Shown: positions 27,392-37,188 of the stretch, one piece after another
How the letters are laid out: every line of letters starts with the position of its first letter
Position numbering within the stretch: position 1 is the stretch's first letter
Source of the DNA: Arenicellales bacterium
GTDB taxonomy: Bacteria; Pseudomonadota; Gammaproteobacteria; Arenicellales; JAANXG01
Assembly: GCA_030066885.1 (NCBI GenBank)
Contig: JASJAT010000052.1
Location: 1 to 60,405 of the forward strand
Direction: 5' to 3'
DNA: 60,405 nucleotides
Made by a program: the position numbers and the translations under genes
Notes under the pieces: model-generated
Databases searched by the model: none
What the model was told of the DNA's origin: nothing
What the model saw: the letters and a program-made list of their open reading frames with translations, nothing else

Positions 27392-28960
27392 CTAGAAGAA
27401 GAATTCTCTAGCGTCTAGCCCATATTGTTCAGGACTCACGACCTGGGTGATCTTCCAAGGGGTGGAATCGTCCCCAATCTGCTGCCTGGCCAGATCGAGG
27501 GATTCGGGTGTCTCCAGCCTATTGCCCTCGCTGTTTACTACGATCATCACCCGCGGTTTGAGTTGCTCGATGCGATTAGGGCTGATGACTACGGCAATGT
27601 CTCCGGTGTTGAGCATAACGAAAGTTCCAACTGGAAATGGACCCACACACTGAATGAGATGTTCTACCATAGCCTGAGGAAACCACTCATCGCCCAACTT
27701 ATACATTTTAGTCAGTGCATCCAACGAGGTCATAGCTGGACGGTAAGGTCGATGACTAGTCAATGCTTGGAACGTATCAGACATGGCTGCGATTGTAGTC
27801 GCTGGAGTGATCAAATCCCCATGAAGGCCTTTTGGGTAGCCGCTGCCGTCGTGCCTCTCATGGTGTGAACGCACAATTTCTATTGTGTCGGAAGAAAATT
27901 CATGTTGGCAGTCAAGCATCTTGATCCCCATCTCCACATGTTTGCGCAAGACCTGGCGTTCGGCTGATGTGAGTTTCTCTTTTTTATCCAATAAGCCTTT
28001 TGGTATATGAATTTTCCCGATGTCTTGGAGTAATGTTCCGATTCCCATGGAATTGAGATCACTTTCCGGGAGCCCGAGATGCCGACCCACAGTTAGGGAC
28101 ATCACACACACCGCCATTGAATGATAGTAGGTGTAATCGTCCTGTTGTTTCAGCTTCATCAGCCAATTCAGTGCATCTGGATTGCGGATGACACTTTGCA
28201 CCAGCTCTTCGACTGTGCTTTTGACTGCTTCGGTGTTAGGTATGCGTCCAGCCTGCACGTCATGTACAAGGTTTTCGCATACTTTCACTGTATCGGTCAC
28301 AATATCGCGTGCGATCACAATTTCGTCTTCAATCGGCCGCTGGATAGGATAGACGGGTGTGTGTGTCTCGCTGGCAACAAATATGAGTTTCGGTTTATCT
28401 GAGGCTTTAGATGTATCGATTCGCTTTTGCTCAACGTCATCCACATACCGTATTCTCTGTCTGCCAGGCTTGTACTCACCTTGGTATTTGCGTCGATGAG
28501 ATCCGGGTCGTTTACTGGAATCCCACCACTTCTCTTGGGTAGAAGTTATTGCACTTTGGGCAGTGTTTTTCTTTGAGGTACGGTAATCCTCTGTCGTTCT
28601 GGAGATTTTTACAGCAGATGTCAAAGCGGGCGCTAGCTTGTTACGTTCTGAGTATTTGTTTAACGAAACATAACGTACATTTCGTAGTGCACCGGGTGCC
28701 TCGATGAATTCAGTGACGACGCGCGGTTTATTGACAGCCAAGTCATCCGTACTAACGGTTTCCTCAGGAATATCAACATAGACATATTGGCAGTACTTTT
28801 TAATCTGGTTGAGATCTGTCTCGGACGAGACAATGAAGCCCTGTATCTCGAAAGGCGGTTCGAAGGGCACCGCACTCCATGGGCGATCGAGCTCGGAAAC
28901 GTACATCCCTAGTTGGACTTTGTCGACGGCGGTTTTTTGTTTCACGTAACGATCAACCAA
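27392..28960 (-). CDS. DUF3391 + HD-GYP domain protein (HD motif replaced by QD)
   Basis: QLGMYVSELDRPW N-domain; YTYYHS, LLQDIGK, HHERHDGSGYP, RPYR. Confidence 0.85.
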   Translation of the reverse strand: MVDRYVKQKTAVDKVQLGMYVSELDRPWSAVPFEPPFEIQGFIVSSETDLNQIKKYCQYVYVDIPEETVSTDDLAVNKPRVVTEFIEAPGALRNVRYVSLNKYSERNKLAPALTSAVKISRTTEDYRTSKKNTAQSAITSTQEKWWDSSKRPGSHRRKYQGEYKPGRQRIRYVDDVEQKRIDTSKASDKPKLIFVASETHTPVYPIQRPIEDEIVIARDIVTDTVKVCENLVHDVQAGRIPNTEAVKSTVEELVQSVIRNPDALNWLMKLKQQDDYTYYHSMAVCVMSLTVGRHLGLPESDLNSMGIGTLLQDIGKIHIPKGLLDKKEKLTSAERQVLRKHVEMGIKMLDCQHEFSSDTIEIVRSHHERHDGSGYPKGLHGDLITPATTIAAMSDTFQALTSHRPYRPAMTSLDALTKMYKLGDEWFPQAMVEHLIQCVGPFPVGTFVMLNTGDIAVVISPNRIEQLKPRVMIVVNSEGNRLETPESLDLARQQIGDDSTPWKITQVVSPEQYGLDAREFFF

Positions 28961-29133
28961 ATAATCACGTCAGGTAGTCTTGTTAGTGTGCAACTTGCCT
29001 GAAAGTTGAATCCGGATTTCCCGAAAGCTTAAAACAAGTTTATCTGTGATTTATTCAGTATAGTTTACGTATCCGGCAAGGTAGTGCTCATAAACTCAAT
29101 GACGCAATGAAGCGACCTTAAAAGTACTAGAAT

Positions 29134-29505
29134 TTACTTGCCCACGCTCCATAGACCTGCTCCCCGTGCCGCGATAAACAAAAAGATGAAACAGTAAAGT
29201 GCTGCAATTTCACCCCCGTTGGCAATAGGGAAAAAGCTCTTAGTGCCATGAGCCATCCAATAAGCCACCGCCATCGTGCCACTACAGATAAAGGCTGCTG
29301 ACCGCGTAAATAGACCAATCATAATGAGCGTACCACCAACCAACTCAATTGCACCCGCAGCGCCCGCTATGGGATTAAGAGAGCCAAACGGGTACTCGAC
29401 TGGGAAATTGAAAAATTTCTGGGTGCCATGCCATATAAACAAAAACCCACTGACTATTCTTAACAATGCATAAGTATGGTCTTTGTAATTGTCTAACCAT
29501 TTCAT
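29134..29505 (-). CDS. DoxX-family membrane protein
   Basis: LLRIVSGFLFIWHGTQK, GLFTR.AAF..SG.MAVAY, NGGE. Confidence 0.9.
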   Translation of the reverse strand: MKWLDNYKDHTYALLRIVSGFLFIWHGTQKFFNFPVEYPFGSLNPIAGAAGAIELVGGTLIMIGLFTRSAAFICSGTMAVAYWMAHGTKSFFPIANGGEIAALYCFIFLFIAARGAGLWSVGK

Positions 29506-29777
29506 TAGATCTTGCTCCTGTTTTTGAGAAATATGACAAGTTTACACGCCTTGATCGCGGTTTCTTGGCGCGGATTTCCTGTGGGCTCTCGAGTTTATGT
29601 CACTCCAGGACCGAAGTTTTTTACTTCTCTTCTTTAGTCAGAATTAAACTTCGCTCCGACCTCAATGGCTGATGGGTGGAGGTTAATTGTTGCCACCAAG
29701 TGTGGCGAACACCACATATTTATCAGCATCGGTTTGCGAAAATATCAAACATCATGAGAGACAGTTAGGTGACCGCC

Positions 29778-29897
29778 ATGCAAACCGCTCACGATACATA
29801 CGATCTAACAGAACACAGAGCCACTGGTAAAGACGTTAAAAGTGGTTGGATATTAGTTGCCTTAATAAATCTTGGCCTAGTGGTCCTAACGCTTTAA
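29778..29897 (+). CDS. unannotated 39-aa single-pass membrane micro-protein (paralog of 46345..46446)
   Basis: AGGTGA RBS; MQTAHDTYDLTEHRATGKDVKSGWILVALINLGLVVLTL*; 15 of the last 21 residues are identical to the second copy. Confidence 0.75.
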   Translation: MQTAHDTYDLTEHRATGKDVKSGWILVALINLGLVVLTL

Positions 29898-30141
29898 GGC
29901 AATACAATTTAGATTCACAAACTGACCCAACCGCAGCGGGTTGGATGAGTGCAACCATCTTCAAAAAGGTCCTCGTCCAGGCTTTCCATCGAATATGTTC
30001 TCCTAGGTTGAATCCCAACGATGGATCGTCGTGGTAAATCTATAAGTTTTTTTCCGGTGAATAGTTGTATATTGTGACGTGCGCCGTTTACTTCATCGAT
30101 TGCAGACCAGAAGGTTGAACTCAGTATGAGAGGATTCACAC

Positions 30142-30528
30142 ATGCATAAAAGTCGGCTTGGCACGCTTATCATAGATTGCCTCACAGACGACCTTCAAAG
30201 AGAGGTGGCATTTTGGAGTGCTGCCTTAGGCTGTACTGAACAACCCTACGACGAGCCGGAAAGTCAGAACTACATAAAGCTTCAAACCGACTCGACTCAG
30301 CCCACGATCGAAGTTCAGAAGGTAGATCATCCAAGCAGGGTTCATCTAGACATCGAGACAGATAACATCCAAGCAGAGGTTGAGCGTCTTGAAAAACTAG
30401 GAGCTAAGAAGGTGGCAAAGGTACGGGATTGGTGGGTAATGGAGGCGCCGAGCGGTCACCGGTTCTGTGTCGTAAGACCTCAGCGTCCCGATTTTGAGGA
30501 AGGGGCAAACGTGTGGGATGACGATTAA
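30142..30528 (+). CDS. VOC/glyoxalase-family protein
   Basis: HKSRL..IIDC, FWSAALG, SRVHLDIETD, WWVMEAPSGHRFCVV. Confidence 0.88.
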   Translation: MHKSRLGTLIIDCLTDDLQREVAFWSAALGCTEQPYDEPESQNYIKLQTDSTQPTIEVQKVDHPSRVHLDIETDNIQAEVERLEKLGAKKVAKVRDWWVMEAPSGHRFCVVRPQRPDFEEGANVWDDD

Positions 30529-30585
30529 TATGTCATCTGCCATAAAAGCATGATCAGGCGTTTTGTTGTGCGCTGAACAACAGGG

Positions 30586-33150
30586 TCAGGTTTTGGGTAA
30601 CTCGTTGGCCGGATCGTACAACCCTTTGCAGCCTACGGCTTCAACCTTCATCGGAAACGATTCCTCGAAATATTCCATCCTCAATTCCCTGCCTTCATTA
30701 GCGTAATCTCGCGGCAGGTACGCCAAGGCGATATTCTTGCCGACAGAGGGACCGTAGGCGATGCTGGTGATATAGGAACGTCTGCCCAACTCATCCACCA
30801 ATACCTCATTGGATTCGGGATCAAGCACCGGCCACTGACCAACCGGGTAACGGGCGATGCCCTTTGCGTCCACGTTATCCGTCATCGTCATCGTGCACAG
30901 GTACGCTGGCTGATGTTCGCGCTCCCGCTGTGCGACATAGGCAGCCTTGCCATGAAAGTCCGCCTGCTTGACCTTGGGCCTCGCAAGACCTGCCTCGTAC
31001 AGGTTGTACTCGGTTAAAAGATCTGCGTTTTGCAGTCGAAGGCTTTTCTCCAGGCGCCGGCTGTTGGCATAGGTCTCCACGCCGACCGGCGTCGGACCCT
31101 GCTCATATACTATGTCCCACAGCGACAGGCCATAGCTGAACGGAACGTGCAGTTCCCAGCCCTGTTCACCCACATAGGATATACGGAATGCCAGCACTGG
31201 AATGCCCCGCAGGGTAATATTCCGAGTGGTGGCAAAGGGAAAATTATCGGCTTCCAGTTGTTCCGGTTTATCGGCCACAGCCTGCAACACCTTACGCGCA
31301 TTGGGTCCCCACACACCCAAGCAAGCAAGATGATCGCTGCGGTCTTCGATGTATACGTTCCATCCACGGTCTTCCGCCATCCGTTTCATCCAGACATAGT
31401 CCCTATTGCCTGCATCGGCGCCGTCGATCACCCGGAACCTGTCCGATGCGAGTCGAATCACCGTGAGATCAGCGCGTATACCTCCCGCGTGATCTAAAAA
31501 GTGAGTGTATATTCCCTTCCCGACCGCGGTATCACCGCCCACCTTGGCAACACAAAGGTACTCCATCAATGTCTCCGCATCGGCGCCGGCAACATCGTAA
31601 ACCGCGAAGTGGGACAGGTTGATCATCCCGACGTTTTCGGACAGGGCAAGATGTTCAGCGTTGGATACCCGCCAGAAGTGGCGGCTGTCCCATTCGTTTT
31701 CGCGCACCGGTACCCGGTCGCCATACTTCTCCAACAGATGTTCGTTGGAAGCGTATCCATGCGCCCGCTCCCAGCCAGCAAGTTCCATGAAATACCCGCC
31801 CAGTTCTTGCTCTCGCGACCAAAACGGGCTGCGGCGAAGATTGCGCCCTTTAGTGTAGGGTTCGCGCGTGTGCACCGCCGGGTTATAGATTTTGAATGCT
31901 GTTTCGTAGCAGCGGTCGTAGATGTAGGAAGGCGTCTTCTGGATTGGGTAATAGCGGGCGACATCGATGCCGTGGACATCCATCTCGGTCACACCGTCGG
32001 TCATCATTTCCGCCAACACTTTTCCGATACCGGGTGCGTCTTTGACCCATACCGACTCGGCGTACCACAGTCCGCGGGTATCGGGTGATTCCCCGATTGA
32101 AGGACCACCATCCGCCGTGACCTGCAACAAACCATTGAAGGAGCGCTTCTCATCCCAGCCCAGTTCACCGAGGATGGGTGTCAACTCCATCGCCCGCTCC
32201 AGGGGCTCCATGATTTGTTCGATTTCGAGGTCGCGCTGAGAGGGCGACAGACGGGCTTCCTCTTTCTCTAGAAGATTCATTGGATGTACCAAGCGCGGAT
32301 CCTTCTCTTCGTAGTAACCCCATTCGATCTGACCGCCTTCTGGTGTGGTGGAGTCACCGGTGTCTCGGAGATATGCCGAGTTACCCTGGTCACGCAGTAG
32401 GGGGTAACCGATATCTTTTCCGGTGCCGTCGAACTCGGTGAAGGGGCCGAAAAAAGACAAAGGATGATCCACCGGCATGATTGGGAGGTCTTCGCCGGCC
32501 ATTTCTGCTATGAGGCGTCCCCATAAACCCGCGCAGACCACCACTGTACTGGTTTCGATGTAACCTCGACTCGTTTGTATACCCTTTATCCTGCCGCTCT
32601 CTATATCGAGACCGGTAGCCGGCGTGTTGGGGAAAGTCTGCAATTTACCGGTTGCCTCGGCCTGCTCAACCAATATACTCACCACAGTCTGGGAACGAGG
32701 TACGACCAGACCGGCGTCTGGATCCCACATTGCACCCTGGATCATGTCTTCTTCCAGTAGCGGGAATTTCTCCTTTGTTTCCTTCGCGCTGATCATCCGA
32801 ACATTGGTGCCGAACGCTTTTCCCGAGCCAACTTTACGCTTGAGTTCTTCCATGCGTTCATCATCGTCGCGACGCGCTACTTCAAGACCGCCGATCCGAC
32901 TGTAATGCCCCAACTTGTCGTAAAACTCCACACTGTATTTGGTGGTGTAACAAGTCATGTTGTCATGGGCCGTTAGATAGCAGAAATCAGACGCGTGGGA
33001 AGTGGAACCGATGTCGGTAGGAATCGAGGACTTGTCGATGCCGACAATATCCTGCCAACCTTTTTCAATCAGGTGATGCACGACCGAGGCACCGACAATT
33101 CCACCTTGGCCGATGATGACAACATTTGCACGAGTAGGAAAGCTCGCCAT
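30586..33150 (-). CDS. GcvT-family flavoprotein (dimethylglycine oxidase/dehydrogenase-like)
   Basis: N-terminal FAD domain with GSTSHAS (covalent-FAD His position); C-terminal folate-binding domain (GGIRADLTV, RISYVGEQGWE, RLEKS); 854 aa. Confidence 0.88.
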   Translation of the reverse strand: MASFPTRANVVIIGQGGIVGASVVHHLIEKGWQDIVGIDKSSIPTDIGSTSHASDFCYLTAHDNMTCYTTKYSVEFYDKLGHYSRIGGLEVARRDDDERMEELKRKVGSGKAFGTNVRMISAKETKEKFPLLEEDMIQGAMWDPDAGLVVPRSQTVVSILVEQAEATGKLQTFPNTPATGLDIESGRIKGIQTSRGYIETSTVVVCAGLWGRLIAEMAGEDLPIMPVDHPLSFFGPFTEFDGTGKDIGYPLLRDQGNSAYLRDTGDSTTPEGGQIEWGYYEEKDPRLVHPMNLLEKEEARLSPSQRDLEIEQIMEPLERAMELTPILGELGWDEKRSFNGLLQVTADGGPSIGESPDTRGLWYAESVWVKDAPGIGKVLAEMMTDGVTEMDVHGIDVARYYPIQKTPSYIYDRCYETAFKIYNPAVHTREPYTKGRNLRRSPFWSREQELGGYFMELAGWERAHGYASNEHLLEKYGDRVPVRENEWDSRHFWRVSNAEHLALSENVGMINLSHFAVYDVAGADAETLMEYLCVAKVGGDTAVGKGIYTHFLDHAGGIRADLTVIRLASDRFRVIDGADAGNRDYVWMKRMAEDRGWNVYIEDRSDHLACLGVWGPNARKVLQAVADKPEQLEADNFPFATTRNITLRGIPVLAFRISYVGEQGWELHVPFSYGLSLWDIVYEQGPTPVGVETYANSRRLEKSLRLQNADLLTEYNLYEAGLARPKVKQADFHGKAAYVAQREREHQPAYLCTMTMTDNVDAKGIARYPVGQWPVLDPESNEVLVDELGRRSYITSIAYGPSVGKNIALAYLPRDYANEGRELRMEYFEESFPMKVEAVGCKGLYDPANELPKT

Positions 33151-33408
33151 GGACTACGTCTCCGTGTGTATTTTTTTCGACTGGTTTGAGATATGCATAA
33201 CGGCTGGATCAAGTAGACAAATCGAGTCAGACATTGTGACCTACACGCTGCATCTCAAAGTTGTGAGTGGTTAGATTATAAGCAGGTTTATTCTGACAGA
33301 TAAGCGCGTAGCCGACTTCTAGTTTCCACACAGCGGATGGATGGGAGTGGCAATGGAACCAGTTTACGGTCTAAGGCGCATTGTCTGCTGCGACCTCAAT
33401 CAAATATC

Positions 33409-33476
33409 ACTTCGAATAATTCTTACTTTTTATTCCTATAAATCGACTTATCGGAATAGTTGTCTGCGCCTAATAT
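33409..33476 (+). promoter_or_regulatory. LysR/NhaR-type promoter, copy 1
   Basis: ACTTCGAA-N3-TTCTTA-N12-ATAAATCGACTTATCGGAAT-N13-TAATAT, the same architecture as at 46245..46312. Contains T-N11-A (TCGACTTATCGGA). Confidence 0.7.
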
Positions 33477-33588
33477 AGCAACCAGATCCAGTTACAAGTC
33501 ACAGCAGGGATCCACCCGGCAAACTGGCACAAACGATAACTGGTTGATTTCAACCCGACTTACCAAAGTCAACTAAGGAGAATAGCTA

Positions 33589-33672
33589 ATGTACCTGATA
33601 GCGAAGATTTGCAAGACCAAACCGGTAGTACGAAAACGGCCTACAAGGGCTGGAGGTGCGGACAATGAATAG
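33589..33672 (+). CDS. putative 27-aa basic peptide
   Basis: Strong TAAGGAG RBS; MYLIAKICKTKPVVRKRPTRAGGADNE*; the stop overlaps the next start (ATGAATAG). Confidence 0.45.
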   Translation: MYLIAKICKTKPVVRKRPTRAGGADNE

Positions 33673-33868
33673 CTTCGTGGACCTTTGGCCGACAACCGAG
33701 TCGTTTCACATGCCCTGCGTACCACTCACCGATGCGCAGACTAAAGACTACCGGGACTTGATGACCAGAGCTGAGGCACTTCAAGCGTTGGGCCGATACC
33801 AAGAGTCCAGGCGCATAAAACAGGTCGCTTCAGACATTCTTCGGACCGGTGCACCGAATTTGGATTGA
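33665..33868 (+). CDS. hypothetical 67-aa protein
   Basis: GGAGG RBS, overlap-coupled to the upstream peptide, helical C-terminus. Confidence 0.5.
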   Translation: MNSFVDLWPTTESFHMPCVPLTDAQTKDYRDLMTRAEALQALGRYQESRRIKQVASDILRTGAPNLD

Positions 33869-33950
33869 CACCGATGATCGATACCGGGAGTCCGGAACCC
33901 TAATCAACGTGAGCCCAGTTTCACTTGAGCTAACTACAGGAGAACACAAT

Positions 33951-34604
33951 ATGTTTGATGCAAAACGATTACTCGATCAACTCGTCGGTAGCGGTGTAGC
34001 CGGCGGTTTCGCAGGAGGACTAGCCGGTGGGGCGCTGGCCAAAACCCTGACGGGGAAGAAGGCCAGAAAATTCGCCGGTTCAGCATTACAGCTGGGTGGC
34101 CTAGCCCTGGTTGGCGGGCTCGCTTATAAAGCATGGCAGAACTACCAGCGCGGTTCAGCCCCTGCATCGCCGAGCGGTGGCGGGGTTGCCACTCTACCCT
34201 CCCGCAGTGCTTTTCTTCCCGACAGCAGTGACCGCGCCGGCACCAATGCCCTCAGCCTGCTGCTTGCACGTGCGATCATTTCGGCTGCCAAAGCGGACGG
34301 AAAGATCGATGCAGAAGAGAGCCAAGCGATTTTGCATCAGATCAACGGACTCGACCTGCCAGCGGAAGACAAGGGGTTTCTGTTTGAGGAGTACGGTCGG
34401 CCACTGGACTTACAAGGCCTGGTGTCGGCTGTTGATTCCCCGGAACATGCCGCCGAGGTATACGCGGCATCTGTGTTGACAGTCGCTCCGCCGTCTCCGC
34501 CGGAGAAAATCTATCTTGATTCCCTTGCTAAAACGCTAGGTCTGGAATCGGGCCTGGTAAATGAGATCCACAACACAGTGCAGGCCAATCGAGCGGCGGC
34601 CTAA
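33951..34604 (+). CDS. DUF533/YebE (TerB-like) membrane-anchored protein
   Basis: GGLALVGGLAYKAWQNY, AIISAAKADGKID.EE, AAEVYAAS; AGGAG RBS before ATG 33951. Confidence 0.88.
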   Translation: MFDAKRLLDQLVGSGVAGGFAGGLAGGALAKTLTGKKARKFAGSALQLGGLALVGGLAYKAWQNYQRGSAPASPSGGGVATLPSRSAFLPDSSDRAGTNALSLLLARAIISAAKADGKIDAEESQAILHQINGLDLPAEDKGFLFEEYGRPLDLQGLVSAVDSPEHAAEVYAASVLTVAPPSPPEKIYLDSLAKTLGLESGLVNEIHNTVQANRAAA

Positions 34605-34744
34605 CAACCATAGAAGCCTGGCGGTATAGATTTAAGGGGCGAAAATGTTGGCATCGTCATACTACCGCCAGCATTTCTTCCCAAGGTGGCACTTCCTCAA
34701 CTGCCTTTTCTTGGTTTAAGCGGCATAGAAAATAACCTCCTTCC

Positions 34745-35713
34745 ATGATTCTGCCGCTCCTCTCTTTCCTCTTTGGAATCATCGTCCTTGTCTGGAGCGC
34801 AGATCGCTTCGTGGCGGGATCCGCCTCTACGGCAAGCCACTTCGGTATGCCGCGGCTGTTGGTCGGCATGTTGGTGATCGGTTTCGGGACGTCGGCACCG
34901 GAGATGGTCGTATCCGCCCTCGCCGCGTCCTCGGGCAATACCGAGATCGGTTTGGGCAATGCTTATGGATCCAACATTGCCAATATCGCGCTCATTCTCG
35001 GTTTGACTGCCCTGATTCATCCGATCGCCGTGCACTCCGGAGTGCTGCGCAAGGAGCTGCCCATTTTAGCTGTTGTGACGGCGCTCGCTGCATACCAGGT
35101 GTGGGACGGCCGACTTACCCGTCTCGAGGCGATCTTACTACTCGTGGCATTTGCGGGCCTTCTGGCGTGGTCCATACACAAGGGCCTGCGGCATCGCGCC
35201 GATGCCCCACCAGGCCACACGGAACGGGAGCTTGGCGCGGGGGGAATGCCCATCGCGCGTGCGTTGTTCTGGCTTGCCTTAGGTCTGATACTGCTCGTTG
35301 CCAGTTCTCGCGTACTGGTTTGGAGCGCTGTGGAGATTGCAAAGTTACTCGAGGTAAGCGACCTGGTCATCGGTTTGACGATCGTGGCCCTCGGGACATC
35401 GCTGCCGGAGCTGGCGTCTACAGTTGTCGCGGTTCGCAGAGGCGAGCATGATATTGCCGTAGGTAATGTCCTCGGCTCAAACCTGTTCAACACATTGCTC
35501 GTCGTTGGAATCGCAGTGGCAATTGAGCCGACCGTAGTCCCACCGGAGATCTTCTCCCGCGATATGGTTGTGATGGGTGCTCTTACCCTGGCGCTGTTTG
35601 TCGTGTGTTTCGGATTTCAAGGTCCGGGCCGGGTGCAGCGGTTCGAGGGTGCGGCTCTGCTGTCGGTTTTCTTAGTTTATAACACCTACTTGGTGAGTGG
35701 CGCTGTCAGTTGA
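34745..35713 (+). CDS. Ca2+/Na+ antiporter (CaCA, YrbG-like)
   Basis: Alpha repeats GTSAPE...GSNIANI and GTSLPE...GSNLFN. Confidence 0.93.
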   Translation: MILPLLSFLFGIIVLVWSADRFVAGSASTASHFGMPRLLVGMLVIGFGTSAPEMVVSALAASSGNTEIGLGNAYGSNIANIALILGLTALIHPIAVHSGVLRKELPILAVVTALAAYQVWDGRLTRLEAILLLVAFAGLLAWSIHKGLRHRADAPPGHTERELGAGGMPIARALFWLALGLILLVASSRVLVWSAVEIAKLLEVSDLVIGLTIVALGTSLPELASTVVAVRRGEHDIAVGNVLGSNLFNTLLVVGIAVAIEPTVVPPEIFSRDMVVMGALTLALFVVCFGFQGPGRVQRFEGAALLSVFLVYNTYLVSGAVS

Positions 35714-37188
35714 AGCCCTGCGCCTCGGATGTAGCGCAGGATCCATTCGAAGATGTCGCCTGGAGGTACTCGGCCGACCCAGGTGACACCCCGCGTCGGT
35801 GAATAAAACCAAATCACCGCTGCAATGGCGATGCCCGCAATGACAATGGCGGTGTTCATTGCTGACGGCGGACCACCGTTGACGACAAGCGGGAAAGCCA
35901 ACACCAATACCAGCAATCCCAACCAGGGCAGTGCCAAGCCAGCTCCGTGACTCGACGGGTCAGTGGTATAAGGCCGAACTAGATTCAGGAAGCGGGCCAT
36001 CAACAAGGTGGCACCGAACGTTGAAACAAACAACAACCCGACAAACATTTGAATCCAACCGCTGTATCCCGTGTCGAGGGCGATTTTCAATATGTCCTTG
36101 GCGGCAGCACCCGATGTCAGTGGCGCACCTGCCAGGGCGAGGGCCGGAATGAACAACAAGTAAAACACCCATGACGCACCGGTGTCTTTGGCAATACCCA
36201 CGCCAAGAAACAATGCACCTTTAGCCAGACCATGATGCGCGGCGTAGATGGCCAGCGCTGAAATTACCGCCGGCGCTAGACGTGGATCCATCGCTATCAG
36301 GCCTATGGCAGCGCTCATGATGCCCATCTTGCCGATGCTCGAGTAGGCCAGAACAGCCTTGGGTTCCTTCTGCATCAGTCCAACCGGAATCGCGCTCAGG
36401 GTCGTCATCGCTCCAACCGCCAAAAGCAAACCCCCAAACTCGGGCAACGCCGATTCACCGAGTGGGAGATAACGCATCCATCCAATCAGCGCTGCCTTGA
36501 TCATAGTCCCGCTTAAAACGGCGCTGGCTGGCACCGGGGCTGCGGGGTGGGCGAGCGGCAACCAGAAATGAACACCGATCAGCCCTGCCTTGATGGCAAA
36601 GGCCAATCCCAGAAATGTGAGCTCTATGTTGCCCGCCCCGATAATCGCGCCCACATCGGGTGTCAGGTCGCCGGTGCGCTGATACAGCAACAGTAGCCCT
36701 ATCAGCAATGCGAATTCAGCAGCCAGCGTCATCACAAGGTAAACCCGGCCTGCATGGCGAACCGATTCGGTCCCGTCGTGCACAACCAATCCATAGGCGG
36801 CGAGCCCCATTAGCGCGAATCCCAGATAGAAACTCGACAGGTCCTGACCGATGATCAAACCGAAATTTCCACCCATGGCCAGCATAAAAACGACTCGAAA
36901 ACGGCCGGCACGCGAATCGTCGGACATTTGCAGCGTGGCTTGGGCCCCTGCGACAAGCCACAGAACGGCAGTGAACAAAAGAAAAATGCGGGACGTGTCA
37001 TCCAGCCCCAGCTGAACACCGAGCAACAACCAGGGGATCTCGACCGATTCATTTGATGGGACCAGGGCAGCGGCTGCCAGCGCCGGCAGGGTGGCCAGTG
37101 CCGGCAGCAAACGACCCTTTCGACTGTATGCGAGTAGTGCCAGCACCAGAGGCGACAGCCAGGTGAACACGAGTAGGGCAGCATTCAT
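35686..37188 (-). CDS. mrpD: Mrp antiporter MrpD/MrpA-like subunit 3
   Basis: HFWLPLAHPAAPVPASAVLSG, LAYSS, HHGLAKGALFL. Confidence 0.85.
   Translation of the reverse strand: MNAALLVFTWLSPLVLALLAYSRKGRLLPALATLPALAAAALVPSNESVEIPWLLLGVQLGLDDTSRIFLLFTAVLWLVAGAQATLQMSDDSRAGRFRVVFMLAMGGNFGLIIGQDLSSFYLGFALMGLAAYGLVVHDGTESVRHAGRVYLVMTLAAEFALLIGLLLLYQRTGDLTPDVGAIIGAGNIELTFLGLAFAIKAGLIGVHFWLPLAHPAAPVPASAVLSGTMIKAALIGWMRYLPLGESALPEFGGLLLAVGAMTTLSAIPVGLMQKEPKAVLAYSSIGKMGIMSAAIGLIAMDPRLAPAVISALAIYAAHHGLAKGALFLGVGIAKDTGASWVFYLLFIPALALAGAPLTSGAAAKDILKIALDTGYSGWIQMFVGLLFVSTFGATLLMARFLNLVRPYTTDPSSHGAGLALPWLGLLVLVLAFPLVVNGGPPSAMNTAIVIAGIAIAAVIWFYSPTRGVTWVGRVPPGDIFEWILRYIRGAGLQLTAPLTK

Noticed and set aside
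34599-34655. GCCTAAC after the DUF533 gene as an integron attC R'' site
   Set aside because: No matching GTTRRRY or hairpin, and no integron integrase in the window.
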